In this document: positions 51,145 through 64,000 of the stretch, in pieces | Layout of the letters: every line of letters starts with the position of its first letter | Position numbering within the stretch: position 1 is the first letter of the stretch | From: Bugula neritina | Lineage: Eukaryota > Animalia > Bryozoa | Length of the DNA stretch: 64,000 bases | Reading direction: 5' to 3' | NCBI GenBank assembly: GCA_964035545.1 | Contig: OZ037772.1 | Location: 7,610,889 to 7,674,888 of the forward strand | The notes under the pieces: model-generated | The model's input: the letters and a program-made list of their open reading frames with translations, nothing else | What the model was told of the DNA's origin: nothing | Database searches by the model: none | Made by a program: the position numbers and the translations under genes

Positions 51145-54100
51145 TCAATATCTTCTTTTATTTCTAGAAGTATGTTTAGATGAAGATGGTCTTGTAAACC
51201 CCCGTTCTCTGCTAGATGTTTGGGAATCCTGTAAAATAAAATCTAGTAGCAATTTTGTCAAAAAAAATCTTGCATTGTTTTATAAAAAGGTCATAAATCT
51301 GGCTCAAAAACTTAATAAGACATGAATAGAACTAATGCCAAGTGGAAAAAATTTATATAGCAACTCTTGCGAGCTTTCTTCCGATGCTATACTACCGTAA
51401 TACTCAATGTGTGAGTAAAGTCAAATTTGAAATCTTAATAAAAAATATAATTGCTTTGTTAGCTTTGGTTTCCTTATAAGTTTTAAAGTTTTACAAGTGT
51501 TATCAAAATAGTATGTTTGAAATTTAACCTTTCTTGAAAATGAAGGGGTGTGATTGCTAAATCTTTCCCAATCTTCCAGTGAGTGCCGGTCGATGTGGGA
51601 ACTTCTCATGCTCTTTTCATATCGTTCAATTTCTTTTTCCAGTAGCATCTGTTGAAAAGTTAACTGCATTACTTTCACTATTAAAATATTTTTTTGCATA
51701 CTATTTTATATAAAATATCTACAAAATACAAGAGCTAAGATTTTCTAGGCATGATAAAACCAACAAAACTTTATGCTAACTGTTTTAGGCACTAAGAAGA
51801 GCAGCCGTAATCTAGGGGTTAAAAACGTTTGCTTTGTGAACATGAACTCATGGGTTTGAATTTGACAAAGGCCATTGGTAATGTTAAGAAGAGCATCCAG
51901 TCATAATTGCTCCTGTGCTTCATCTAAGCAAGCCTTCAGCCTGTTCTAACAAAAGCGCTTTTCATCAGGGGTTTTTCATAGAGATAGCAACTATAAAGTT
52001 GCAATAGTTTTTTAGGCACTATGAAATTGTGACAAAAAAGTATGATAAAAGACATTACCACATTATATTGTTTATAATAATAACAATTACTCTTGGTGAT
52101 TAGTGCATATAGGACATTAAAATGTCAGCAAATGTGTTTTTATATAGTCTATAAAGTTTTGAGAAAATATAAAGCAAATATTGCAGATGCATGATTTTTT
52201 AAGCTTATATTTAAACAAAATATTTTATCATTTATACTTTCATAAGTTAGTAGCTTTTGCATATGAAACGTCTATACTTGCTTCAAAATGTAACAAATAA
52301 GATCAACTTTGTAAGAATCATTTAGAATTCTAAACACTGGATAATTAGGTCGGTGTATGGGTCGATTGTAAATATATGCTGTCTATAACCTAATGTAATA
52401 TGCTTATTATATTGATGTAAACTATTTATCACTTACCTTCTTCAACAGCTGGCTACTTGTAGCGGGTGCTACTGGGGTGCCTCTTGCACTCGTTCTACCA
52501 CTTGTCACTTTACTTGAACCAAATCTTTCTCCTGAATTCCGTTCTTGTCTGGAACCCCTGCGCTGATGACTTTTAGATTTTTGTCTAGTGTTTGAGCTTC
52601 TACCAGATGCTCTGCCTTGGACCTAACAAAATACAAATCTGAATATTAAAATATGTAGAGCATATTAGGTAAAGATTTGGGGCTACAACTTGGAGAAAAG
52701 ATTTGATATTGTACACAGACAACAACATGTGTGATCACAAGAGGAATAAGGTAATTAACTTCTAAAGATAACAAGAAAAGCGTCACAGTTTTTCTACAAG
52801 CATGCCTTTGTTGTTGAGCTTAGCCATGAACTATAATTAGTGAAAAGCACATACACATTCATAGACCATATGCTAGTTGCTAATGATCTGAGGCTACAAA
52901 TTTAAAAAGAACGCTCCAAAAAGACTATTTGGTATTCATTGCTTGTCATTTAGGCACTTCAAAACTTACCAAGATTTGTAAATAGCATTTGAGTTTGTTG
53001 TTGTTATACAACATGTCAAAATATTTATACCTCCACAACAAAATTGCAAAAAAATACAATAAATATCTTACTGAAGAGGGGATAGCCTCATTTGACCTTC
53101 GTGACCTGTCAGACTTCAGGCTTTGTCGGTGTTTTGAGAAAGATCCATGGCGCGACGCTTCTCTCTCGTCTAGTATTGAATGCTGTTAAAAACAGAAGCA
53201 GCCTATTATGGGTACTTAAAAAAAGTTTCTCAAAACTATTTTCTCTTTGGAGTTTGCTTTATTGTCTGTAGAATTTAGAAAAAAATATATTTATGCAATT
53301 CTGATTATTTTAATACTTCAAAAATAATTAAAAAAAAATCAAAAAGAATCGAAATATTCATTTCCAAGAGATTTTATTATAATCAGATTTTTTATACCTT
53401 CATAAACTGTCCTTTGTGTTTCTCTTTATTATTATTGCAACAAACTAAGTTGGTACAAAGGCTATTTTTTTATCTTTGGCTTAAATGGGAAAAATATAGA
53501 TGAAATAAACAACTAATGTAAACAATATAAATGAACTTGTTTCATTGGGCATATTACCTTGACATGCTTTATTGGTTTCTTTTTTGCTGACTCTGTTCTT
53601 TTGATATACTGTGCAACAGTATCCTGAAATGTAAAAGTGTTTCAACATATTAGACCTTTTTTAATTCAATAATTTGTTAAACATGGGCTATTTTTTTGGA
53701 GGTACATCTTGGTCATATGATTTATGAGTCAAGGTTTTTATTTGGCAAAACTTTTGCATTACAAGTTATTTTGCATAAAATATAATCTTTTTTGTCAGCT
53801 GGGATATGTTTTTCACAAATTTAAATAATTATGCTGCATGTACTATAACCAAGAGAAGAGCTATGGTCTAAAAACTTTCTGGCTACATAAAATCGTGGTC
53901 ATGGGTTTGATCACCATTAAAAGGTGTAGGTGGAGTTAGGAAGAGCATCCAGTCAAAATTGCTCTTGTGCCCATCTGAACAAATGCTTAGCCCTTTAAAA
54001 AAAAAATTTTTTTTTTGGGTTTTTTTTAGTGATGGGCAAGATAAAAATGTGTGAGCCTTCTATGTATACTATGAGTGACAACCAACCTGTTCATAATAGT

Positions 54101-57100
54101 CATCCTGAACAGAGTCATAGTAATTATAGTCATCTGGATATACGCTTTGCGTATGCTATAAAAAAAATCAATAGTGAGCATAGTAAAAAGTTTGTAATAA
54201 ATGTTACATATTTTTATGTAATGTAATATAAGTTTACAGTACATGAATACTGTTATACAATGCAAAGTACAGACAATATATTATACAGTAAACAAAGAAT
54301 GACATATTTATAGAGTGCTACACAGTATATACTGTTTTTTTGTGAATGAATTAAATTGGACTGCTAAGAAATATTTTTAATAGTTCTTGAGTTGGTTATG
54401 TTTGAGCTAAAAAACCTAAGTTACAATATAACACCGATATGTGTGCAGAGCATCTCCGGCCCCTAGATTTAATGGCCAATGAGCAAAAGGACCTCATGCT
54501 TTTATCAATTCTGAAAAAAAATCTTTGTTTGCATTTTATTACAAACATGTTTATAATGAGTCATTCTTTTAAATTTAGCTATAAAAAATTGGCGTATAAA
54601 AATCATATTGTAATTTTACTGTAAAGGCAACAAAAAAAAGACTGAAAATCAACTTATTGTCCTTTAAAAGAATGTGTTGTGATGATTGCGCAATCTGATG
54701 TAAATTTATGTTATCTTGTGCTCTCGGTGTAATGAAGGTGCTTTTGAAATTATGCTTACTTTTATTTAGATATAAGTATTCAATTTGTATAAAGCACCTC
54801 ACACTATGTAATGATAATTAGGTAATCATGTCTAAGTTAGGTCACACACAAACACATTTATTATATACATATACTGCTAATTAGCAGTATATATAGATTA
54901 GCTATTTCCAGGCTTTGCTGATAAAACAAACAATTATTCATAGCCAGTATATATTTAATTGTCATCTACAAGCATTTACATACACAGATTCTTTACCTCT
55001 AAATTAACACTTGGCTTTTGTCTTTCTGATTTTCTTTTGCTTCTTTTTTCTGCAAAAAGATGGTATTATATTTGATAAGGCTTTTAATTAAACAAGATAA
55101 ACTAGCAATTTTTACAAGTTTTAATTTATTTAAAAACAGAACCAGCAGGCAAAAGCCTCTTTTTAAAAAATAGTTGATAAAGTGAATTTCAGCCGGTTGT
55201 GTAAAGAATGCTACATTATGTAAACTATTTTATGCTGTTCATGTTGTCCTATTTATAAACAACTAAGACAAAAATCTTATATCACCACTCCAGAAGTTTG
55301 GGTCTGCTAAGAACCTCCAAATTCAGATATGATTTAAGGTTTAACACAGAATCGTATTCATTTATAGCCCAGAATCTAACATCAGTGAAGAATTTACAAT
55401 TCTTTACATTATTATTGCGGGCTTTTAACACATTGAAACTGCTGGCAATTAGGAATTTAGTAAAAAATATAAATTGATCAGAACATGACTCACTTTTTGA
55501 GAAAACTACATAGAATATCAGCACTGAAATAGCAATCAGAGATATGGCACCTCCGACACCAAACCCGATAGTTAAAGGGTCTCCAGCGCCTGCACGGGTT
55601 AAAACAGGTACTTCAGTTGTTTGTTGGTTTTCTGTCGGGTTTTGAGGGACGGTTAGCTTTGGTTCCGTAGGCTCTGGGAGCCAGGGTGTGGTATCTGTCT
55701 CTGTAGTGCTTGACCTTGTAGTGACTCTCTTGACAGTTGTAGTTGTCAGTCGTGTTGGGATAGTCGCCTGGGTAGCTGTGATAAATAGAGTATTGGTAAT
55801 AACATTGAAAGTTCAACGGTAAAATATTTGATGTTCATACACTGAGACCAAACAACTAGACATATGTACATGCATGGCACAAAACATTAACCACAAAAAT
55901 AAGTTATATATAAAATGTATACGTATAATAGAAAAAAAAGCACAAAATTATTATAAAAGTAAATTAAAAGTAGCTTGGGAGTACTACTTCTTGTTGCTAA
56001 CAAATACTTTGCAGTGTTCAAAGTGTGTGTGTGTGTGTGCGTGTGCAGTGTGCATGTGTGCGTGCAGTGTGCAGTGTGCATGTGTGCAGTGTGCATGTGT
56101 GCAGTGTGCATGTGTGTGTGTGTGTGTGTGCAGTGTGCGTGTGTGTGTGTGCGTGCGTGTGTATGTGTGTGTGTGTGTGTAGTATTTAGTTGCAGCTCTA
56201 AATAGCGTAAAGTCTGTAGAAGTAAGAATGGCTCATGTTATTTAATAAAACATTTTTCTACTGATAATTTTGCACATCTAAGAACGAGTTCTTATATGTA
56301 CTGCGTATATATGCTTTATATCTAATTTGCCTGGGCAGAAGATCTTTTCTTGCTAAATAGGCAACTTATAGTGTATAGTAGTAGAAGTTGATCATACTGA
56401 GTTTATAAAGAAAATTACTTTTTTTAATGATAGCAACAAAACAGTTAACCCATACCAATGAATTGCTGACAGCTCTTTAAGTTTACAATATCTGCACAGT
56501 ATTTAACGAGTCATGCCTCTCTAAAAATTATACTGATCAAATGATCAAAACAATCACTTACCAGTTACGTCTATTTTGTACAGTTCATCTCTCCCGGCTA
56601 CCAGAATAGAATTATATGGAAATGTGGATTTAGTAATTTTGATTAAATGTTGCGGAAGACGCATCTTACAATTATAGGCTTGGCCAACTATACCCTGCTC
56701 AGGAATGCCTGTTGAGTGAGGGTGACAGAATGACCTGACCGTAGATTTTCTTAGATCTATAAGCCGGAGATTGTGACTGCCAGTATTAGCAACTAAAATT
56801 GTGTAGGCATCCAAAAACACCAAGTGCTGTGGCTGGTTGAATAGACTAACTGCAGTAGAGCCGTCCCTGTTTCCTGACGTGTAGCCACTAACTTTTACGT
56901 CACCATTCTCACTTACTCGCCTGATCTCACTACCACGAATAATATACATTTCTTTAGTTAGTGGGTGAAGAGCCATTCCGGAGATTCCTTGACTTAAACT
57001 GATATGTTTAACTATTTCCCATTTACTATAAAGTTCTACATATCTAAAAAATCGTAGGCTAGGTTTGAAGTTGTCAAAAAACCATATCTGGTTTTCATCT

Positions 57101-58453
57101 TTATATAGCAGCTCTACCGGTTTACCAATTTTGGCATAGCGGAATGCTCCATCAACGTTGTCAAGATCTCCGCACGCCCCAGCAAATTCATTTGTGTGCC
57201 GAGATATTCTGCCTATTTTCCTAATACAGTTATTACCGTAGTCGGCAACCCAAACTACATCAGAGTTAGCAAAAGTGACTACCCCAGTTATGGTCCCAAA
57301 CAGGGATTGCTTATTCCAATCGTTTTTGTAACCTGAAGTTTCCTTATCACCGGCCAATTGGTATACATTCTGGAGATCGTTTGTTAAATAGATTCCATAT
57401 CCAATAACAAGTATATATACTCCATCGTTATACAAATCTTCAATAATATAGTTAATTGTCGCCGTCTTATTGCCTTCACGCAGAGATTCATGTGAATACT
57501 TTCTTGAAAACTGAAATCTGAACCTGAAATTATATATCAATCTTTAAAACTGTGCAAACCTAAAAACAAGCACAAATTATAAACTCCTGCATGAAATATA
57601 TTTACATAACAATATTTCAACACTGAATCAGCTAAAACACTTGACTGAATTTCATTTTAATAAATAGCAATTATTATAGTGATAAATAAACACTTGTTAT
57701 ATAAAAAACCATTTGAACATCTTATTTCACTCATCAAAGTGCTGCCTTATATATAGTTGTATTGGAAATTGTTGAAATCATATTGACGCAAAAGCTCATT
57801 TTTTAATAGTACATTATTACATGTTTCATATATAGCTACTTGATACCTTTAAACATTTGATAATTGTTTTCTGTGTTTTATATAACTGGTACTTATGTTG
57901 AAAAAAGTTTTTAGAGACCCGAATGTTTTGTACACCAGCAGCTGAAACTGTAAAATATTCTAACATGACACCGAATATAAGCAGCTAAAACAAAATTTAC
58001 CAACACTCACCTGTCGGTTTTTGCAGAATAGAGAGTCTGAGCTTTTGAATCAGCTATAATAACGTAGAGAATCTACAACAACAATAGCATATTATTTTGA
58101 TAAATGTGCATAATTTTGCAAAGTAAATTATTGCTATTTTTCATGCACTAAAAAACTGCATGAAACCAAAGTTTGTATGTAAAAAACTTGCTGAATTTTT
58201 ATAGAAAAAAAGTATATCACAGTTGAAGTTTTTAAACAACAAGCTAATATTTGTTCTCAGTAATTAGGTGAGTTTTAAAACTGATATTGAGATCATGTTT
58301 TACAGTGTAGTAGAAGATAAAATGATTGTTGTGCAGTGTTTGACTACGATTAAGGCTAGCAGGGTTATACTGAATAACAGCTTTGAAGGTTTGGATTCAA
58401 TTGATTTAACTCACTGAAAGAATTAGAATCCAAATTAAGTCAGCTGAAAACAT
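51145..58453 (-). CDS. G9: NHL-like propeller / stalk / TM receptor; exons 58453-58415, 58072-58011, 57523-56562, 55775-55494, 55049-54997, 54155-54087, 53623-53558, 53182-53072, 52622-52437, 51648-51529, 51228-51145
   Basis: Signal MFSADLIWILILS+ILYVIIADS. Propeller ORF 56554-57540 (WVADYGNNCIRKIGR, FAGAC). Thr/Pro stalk. TM is IGFGVGGAISLIAISVLIFYVVF. Tail contains VYPDDYNYYDSVQDDYYEQ and ends SRNKRRY*. Confidence 0.83.
51797..52003 (+). mobile_element. SINE family 1 copy, near full length
   Basis: Core ggccattggtaatgttaagaagagcatccagtcataattgctcctgtgc, with head and tail matching the other copies. Confidence 0.85.
53856..53995 (+). mobile_element. SINE family 1 copy, 3'-truncated
   Basis: Core ggtggagttagggaagagcatccagtcaaaattgctcttgtgc. 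Confidence 0.7.
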
Positions 58454-60221
58454 TCCAAATTAAATCTTCTTGATAAAATAGTTTTTAATAGAATTTTCCT
58501 TCACAAGCTGTGTACAAGAAAAAGAGGATATAGCCAATTTTTGTGCAGCCATTCTTGAATTTTACAAATTTTTGAAATTTTTTTGTAAAACAATTTGTTG
58601 TCGGTTAGGATTAGAATTTATGTTTATTTGCAAAATTAATTTTAATAAACAAAATTAATTAAATTAGAGCTAAAAACACATATTCTAGTTGATATAAAAT
58701 TTGATCGCTAATCTTCATTTTTCAACCGTGTCAATCATCATTGATTACTTATATCGGCGTTATTAAAAAACTTTGAAACTGCTACCACTGCTACTACTAG
58801 GCTACTGTTACTGCTAGGCTACTGTTACTGCTACCGCTACCACTGCCGTTGCCACTGCTGCTACTGCTACTACTATTACTACATACGATTGCTACATACT
58901 ACTATAAAAATCACTTCCATATTGCTTCCATTAATACTTTTATCACTACTATTACTACTATTATTTCTATTTTTAATATTTTTATAGCCTACTAAAATGA
59001 CTTTAGTCATCAATATAATAAATGGTAAATCTTTTACAGTTTTACATATATAACAGTGATAAAATACATTCACCGGGCTGTTATTTGCTGTTGTATATAA
59101 TTCAAATAGCAATTGTATTTAAAAATAATTATCAAGTGATCAAACAAGTTCCATTTATGATGCAAATCATATAACGATATTATTTTGAAATTTGCAACAA
59201 ATCCGGTTCTTTTTGCAAAAAGTTCAATTCTATATTACAGCAATGTTTGGTGCTACAAAAGCTGGTTTGGTGCTTGCCAATCCATTAAGATGATTTCAAT
59301 AGAAATTTATATGTCTTATAATGAGGAAGAGAACTTTATTCACAGCAGATTAAAGTCTGTAAGTTATGTGGCACTATAAAGCTATTATTTGTTCTGATTG
59401 ACAAACAACAAATAAGCTTTTTTGTCTACATTTGAAGCAAATTGTGAAAGTTTTATTTCTAAACGTGATCAACAACAATCAATCTAAAATTGACCAACTC
59501 AGTCTTATATCATATTGTCTAAATTGCTTCCACATTGTCTTTTTTCTCATTTAATCAGTAACCCCCTCGACACATTTTGCTGCACCATAGGCAGTAACAA
59601 AAGATATCAGCCATTCTCAATGTCCCAAGGCTGAAGTTCTCAAAGTCCGCTATTGGGCACATTCTATGACAACTCACAAAATATTTATATGCAATGGGTT
59701 GATGCAAACGTCTGCTTGTTCAAGAGGAGCCCAATGCAACTTATTTGAATCAAGCAGTGTTTGATCCTAACGCATCACAATGTTGCACAGGCTGCTCAGA
59801 CATCTTTAAAAACAAATGACATTTACTGTTGTGACACATTATGGGGGTCAACTCAACCCCAAACTTATTTGCTATAAAAAACCAATATGCTTTGTGTAGT
59901 GCATAATTTACAGTACTATATCTTTTTCTATCGCAACAGGTTTTGCCTTGTTGTTATGTTTTCTTCTCATGATGCAGTTCTTGAGTACTTAAAGCCATCC
60001 TCATTTACTAACTTTCAGCTCACTACTGCAGCTAATAAAGTGATTAGGTAATTTAAGTTCCCAATTTTTTTGCTATAATTAAAGTTTTTCGAAATGAAAA
60101 AGTGTCTGTTTTCTTCAAACAACATCTCATTTGACGAAAATCAAACATTTCACAATTTAACGAGAGTCTAAATTATATAGTTATATTAGAAAAATCATAA
60201 AATATGTTGAAAGTTGCAAAC

Positions 60222-63200
60222 TTAATAGCTTTTATAACTGTAGGGTCCTCGTTGGTACATTAAAGTCTGGGATCCTTTGTTGAAAGGAGTTTGGACAGAT
60301 GTTCGATAATAACTCTGTGGTGGCGTTCTGGCTACTCGGCTTGATGACACATAGGCTGAGTTTCTTGGAACACTAGTATGAAAAGATTGGTAAATGTTAG
60401 TAGTGTCCCAATGTCTTGTGGAAGGCTGCTGAGGTGGAACATCTTTGTACTGCGGAGACACTCTACTTGATACTATGGAATTTTTCAACGCCTGAAATAA
60501 TTAAAAAATAGATTTAGCATGCCTTTGATATTAGTAGATTTTAGAATATCCTTCAGACTAATAAAAAAATATAGTCATTTGTTGAAAAATCTACATACTT
60601 TTTTTCATGATTATTCTAATCGTTTTGGCCAAATTTTTATTTTTCTTGCAGTACATTAGTTTGGTTTTTTTCCTGAAAATTTTCAAAATTGAAAATAATA
60701 AGAAAAAACTGAATAGATAAATTTTTTTCACCTCATAGTCTTTTATTATATCGATATTGTTTCTTTTACTTTCTTTTCTGGGTTCATTTTGCTCTTTTTT
60801 CTTTTCTGAAACAAAATGGAGCTTGCTTTAATACAGCAACAAGCTTACCAGGCAGTTTTAAAATTTCACAACTAGATTTAAATTTTTTTTTAATAACAGC
60901 TCATCATTTTCAATATTACAATGTAGAATTACTATTTATTTTCAATATATTGCTAGAATAATTGTAAAAACAGATGTTATTGTAAAATTATTTTGCTCCT
61001 TCTGGAACTCGAACTAAAGGCCCGCTGGCAAGCAAGCAAGTCTTTCTAACCATTATCCCGCAAGGGTCAATGGGCAGACTCAATACTACATCTAATGTTC
61101 TGCTTAAAAAAGAATGTCATTCAATGACATTATTGAACGGAAGAAATGAATTTTTAAAAAATTGAATGTAATTACAATAGCATATGTAATGTAAATAATG
61201 CAACAGTTATAACAAATAACCACTTACTTTTATCCAAACATATTGCAGAAATAATGCAGAAAGCCGAAAGCAGCAAAACACTTATTGCTATCCATATGAT
61301 AAGTGCACCCCTGAATAATGTGTTTGGTGATCTATTAGAAGTAGTGACTGCAGGGTAATTTTTATTTCTCGTTGTTCCCTGTGTTGTTCTTTTCTCTGTT
61401 GGATTTACGTTTGGATCAGAGAACACGGTTGGTGCGGGCCGAAATGAGGCTGGAAAGATCGGAGACCGGGTGGGAAGTTCAGGTAATGTAGAAACTAGAA
61501 TAATTTTATCACCCATAGTAGTAATTTTTAAAACAGTTTAAAACAGGAATTAGTAGTAGTAGTGGTAGTGGTAGTGGTAGTGGTAGTGGTAGTGGTAGTG
61601 GTAGTGGTAGTGGTAGTGGTAGTGGTAGTGGTAGTGGTAGTGGTAGTGGTAGTGGTAGTGGTAGTGGTAGTGGTGGTGGTAGTAAGAGTAATAGTAGTAA
61701 GAGTAATAGTAGTAGTAGTAGCAGCAGTGATGGTGAACAGCAGGCAAGGTTAGGTTATTAAATTTAATATCCAAAGAGGACCCAATGGGAAAATAAATGT
61801 GTAAATGTTAATTTCCAAAGCCTGCTTCAAGAAATGTGTGTGGTTAATAAAATTTACACAAGGCATGGCCTTACATGCGAAATAGTCAAAATTATATTAT
61901 CGCAGATTGGATATAATAAACATATTAAGAGGTTTTTTTTAGCAAAGACAGTATACAATCCAAAGGAACTTTAAAAGTAAATTGAGCAAAACATTTTATT
62001 CAATTTAAATAAATGATAACTATAACATAACATAGCATAACTAACTGTGACTAACATCTCCCGGCATGAATATCATATTATTATGTAGCGGCTAAAGCAC
62101 AATTATCTATTCTGTTCATTATTTGTTGATAAAAATCTGTCAACTAAAAATAACAATCCAACTACTTACTTTTGTAGACGAGCTCTTGAAAATTGTACCT
62201 AGAAACAATATATATTATTTTTCTTTGGGCATTGTTGTAAAGTTGCTTAGGATAAACTAGTTGACATTCTTGTATAGAACCCTCTTTTACTTCATAGGGT
62301 GTAGAATTTTGAGGAATGCACAGCGTTGTGACTCTTGAAGTTTTAAGATTTGCTACTCTAATCACGTGATTCCCGTAGTCAGCGATTAAAAATGTGTCGT
62401 TAGATAAGAACAGCATGTGTTGAGGATTTCGCACAAGCGATGTCGTGAAACTACCATCTCTGTGATCACCAAAAGGGCCTCCGAGTACAAAAACCTCTCT
62501 GTTTCCTGAAATCACGCGGCTAATATTTTTGTATCGAAGCATAAAGACTTTTTTGGAATCAGGGTGAACGGCCAGACTAATGATATGTATTGTGGCAGTG
62601 TGAATCGTTTCAATTTTCCATACATTTAGTCGGTCAATTTTTGAAAGTTTGCGAATACTTCTTCTATTATTATCGAGAAAAATCATTGCATTGGCTGCAT
62701 AGTAAACTAAACTTGATATTCTCTGTATTCCTGCAATATCGATTGTACCATCCCTCTGTCTGTATTTATTGCACTGTCCGGCGAACTCAGCTGTTTTATA
62801 CTGTACTCGATCAATAATTCGAATACAGGAAACATCACTGTCTGCCACCCACACTTTATTATTCATGGAAACCACGCCTTCAATCCTTCCGAATTTAGCT
62901 AAACTGGTCACACCCTCTTCATAATCAGGTAAAGTCAAAAATCCACTAACTCGAGTCAGTTTGAAAAAATCTGGTGTTGTCAACACCGAGTATCCAACGA
63001 CAATTAGGTAGTTCCCTTGTATATGAGCGTCTTCAGTTATAAATTTTATTTTTGCATTAAAATTCCTAAGATTTTCTATAGTGAATCCATACTCCTGCAC
63101 AAAGTTTTGTAGTACTGCCTTTGTTCGAACGTAGGAAAAGTTGAACCTAAAAGTTAAAATTATAATATAGATTGTATAAAACGCCAAGCTTGTAAGATTT

Positions 63201-63723
63201 CTTAGTAATATATGGTGGAAATAAAAGATGAGAGTGTCAAAGCAAATTGTTTTTGACCTATGAGAGCGCTTTGTGAGCATACGAGAATAATGGTTAGATA
63301 CTTTATTATGGGCATATAATATACTATAGGTGATTTATCAACCATTTAGCACTCTATAATTATATGGAAAGCGACGTTTTTAAAATGTGACAATTGAAGT
63401 TTAATCAGAAAAAGTACTCATCAACCTCATAAATACCAAAGTTGTCTCAGCAAGAGACTAAAAAAATGTTCAATTAATAGCGCCACACACACACACATAC
63501 ACATGCGCGCATGTACCCTCGCACACACGCATGCACAGACACACGGGCATATACAAAATAAAACAATCTTCATCAAGAGTATAACAATATATTAATTTTA
63601 GAGGAAAACAAATAAGAGGAACAAATTATGTTACTTTTATAAAGCATATATACTTTATTCTTACCCCCCTGTATCGCTTTTAAGAATTGTCTTCCCTTCA
63701 GATAAGTATTGCACACTTGAGAT
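60222..63723 (-). CDS. G10: NHL-like propeller / stalk / TM receptor, ATG exon not found in window; exons 63723-63665, 63146-62170, 61494-61228, 60805-60732, 60491-60222
   Basis: 59-nt exon ISSVQYLSEGKTILKSDTG. Propeller lies in ORF 62162-63280 (WVADSDVSCIRIIDR, FAGQC, IADYGNHVIRVAN). TM is ALIIWIAISVLLLSAFCIISAICL. Tail reads ...IIKDYE|ALKNSIVSSRVSPQYKDV...PYSYKSY*. Confidence 0.87.
60975..61066 (-). mobile_element. SINE family 2 copy, degenerate
   Basis: Reverse complement ccttgcgggataatggttagaaagacttgcttgc...gttcgagttccagaaggagcaaaataattttacaataa parallels 3210-3310. Confidence 0.5.
61551..61725. repeat. (GTGGTA)n hexanucleotide microsatellite in a G10 intron
   Basis: Direct observation. 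Confidence 0.95.
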
Positions 63724-63910
63724 CTGCAGTACAATACAAAAGACTTAAAAGTTAAATTGGAGTTTCTGATATGAAAATCACTTTAACAGGGTTACGACTC
63801 GTTGGAAACTGATATTCCAATTCCAATTAGCTGATTTGATTAACTAAACAATGAAATGTTCAAGAAAAACTTTTGGTTTATTTAATTTAAATTTTTGAGG
63901 TACAGAAGTA

Positions 63911-64000
63911 GGGAGCAGCCGTGTTCTAGGGGTTAGAGCATTTGCCTAGCTAGCATGCACGAAAGACATGGGTTTGAGCCAGAACTGAGACCATTAGTGA
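63911..64000 (+). mobile_element. SINE family 1 head, cut by the window end
   Basis: Starts gggagcagccgtgttctaggggttagagcatttgcctag and continues ...ccattagtga. Confidence 0.75.

Noticed and set aside
59560-59865. Possible piggyBac-like remnant (ggggtcaactcaacccc)
   Set aside because: No matching second end, TTAA duplication or readable transposase frame was found.

Overview
This is AT-rich eukaryotic (invertebrate-like) genomic DNA, rich in microsatellites and SINEs. Almost the whole window is a tandem array of ten paralogous, intron-containing genes that I reconstructed by hand (G1-G10; G1 and G10 run off the window edges). Each encodes a predicted type I membrane protein: signal peptide (usually an ATG micro-exon plus a ~59-nt exon), then an NHL-repeat-like beta-propeller with 4 conserved Cys encoded by ONE 941-977-nt exon (always phase 2 to phase 1), then a Thr/Pro-rich mucin-like stalk and single TM helix, then a low-complexity cytoplasmic tail that differs greatly between paralogs. 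Several tails carry tyrosine motifs (YxxL/I/V/M, an ITAM-like pair, acidic Tyr clusters). Two recent duplicate pairs (G1/G2, G6/G7) have similar ectodomains but different TM or tail features, and G5 has a tandem array of 75-nt cassette exons in its tail. The architecture suggests a rapidly evolving NHL-propeller receptor cluster, possibly for immune or self/non-self recognition. That function is inference. Also present: two tRNA-derived SINE families, RTE-type LINE fragments (one with an 18-bp TSD), an ankyrin-like relic and a relic stalk/TM exon. Most short ORFs in the supplied track are microsatellite or antisense artefacts. All exon coordinates are manual predictions with no transcript evidence.
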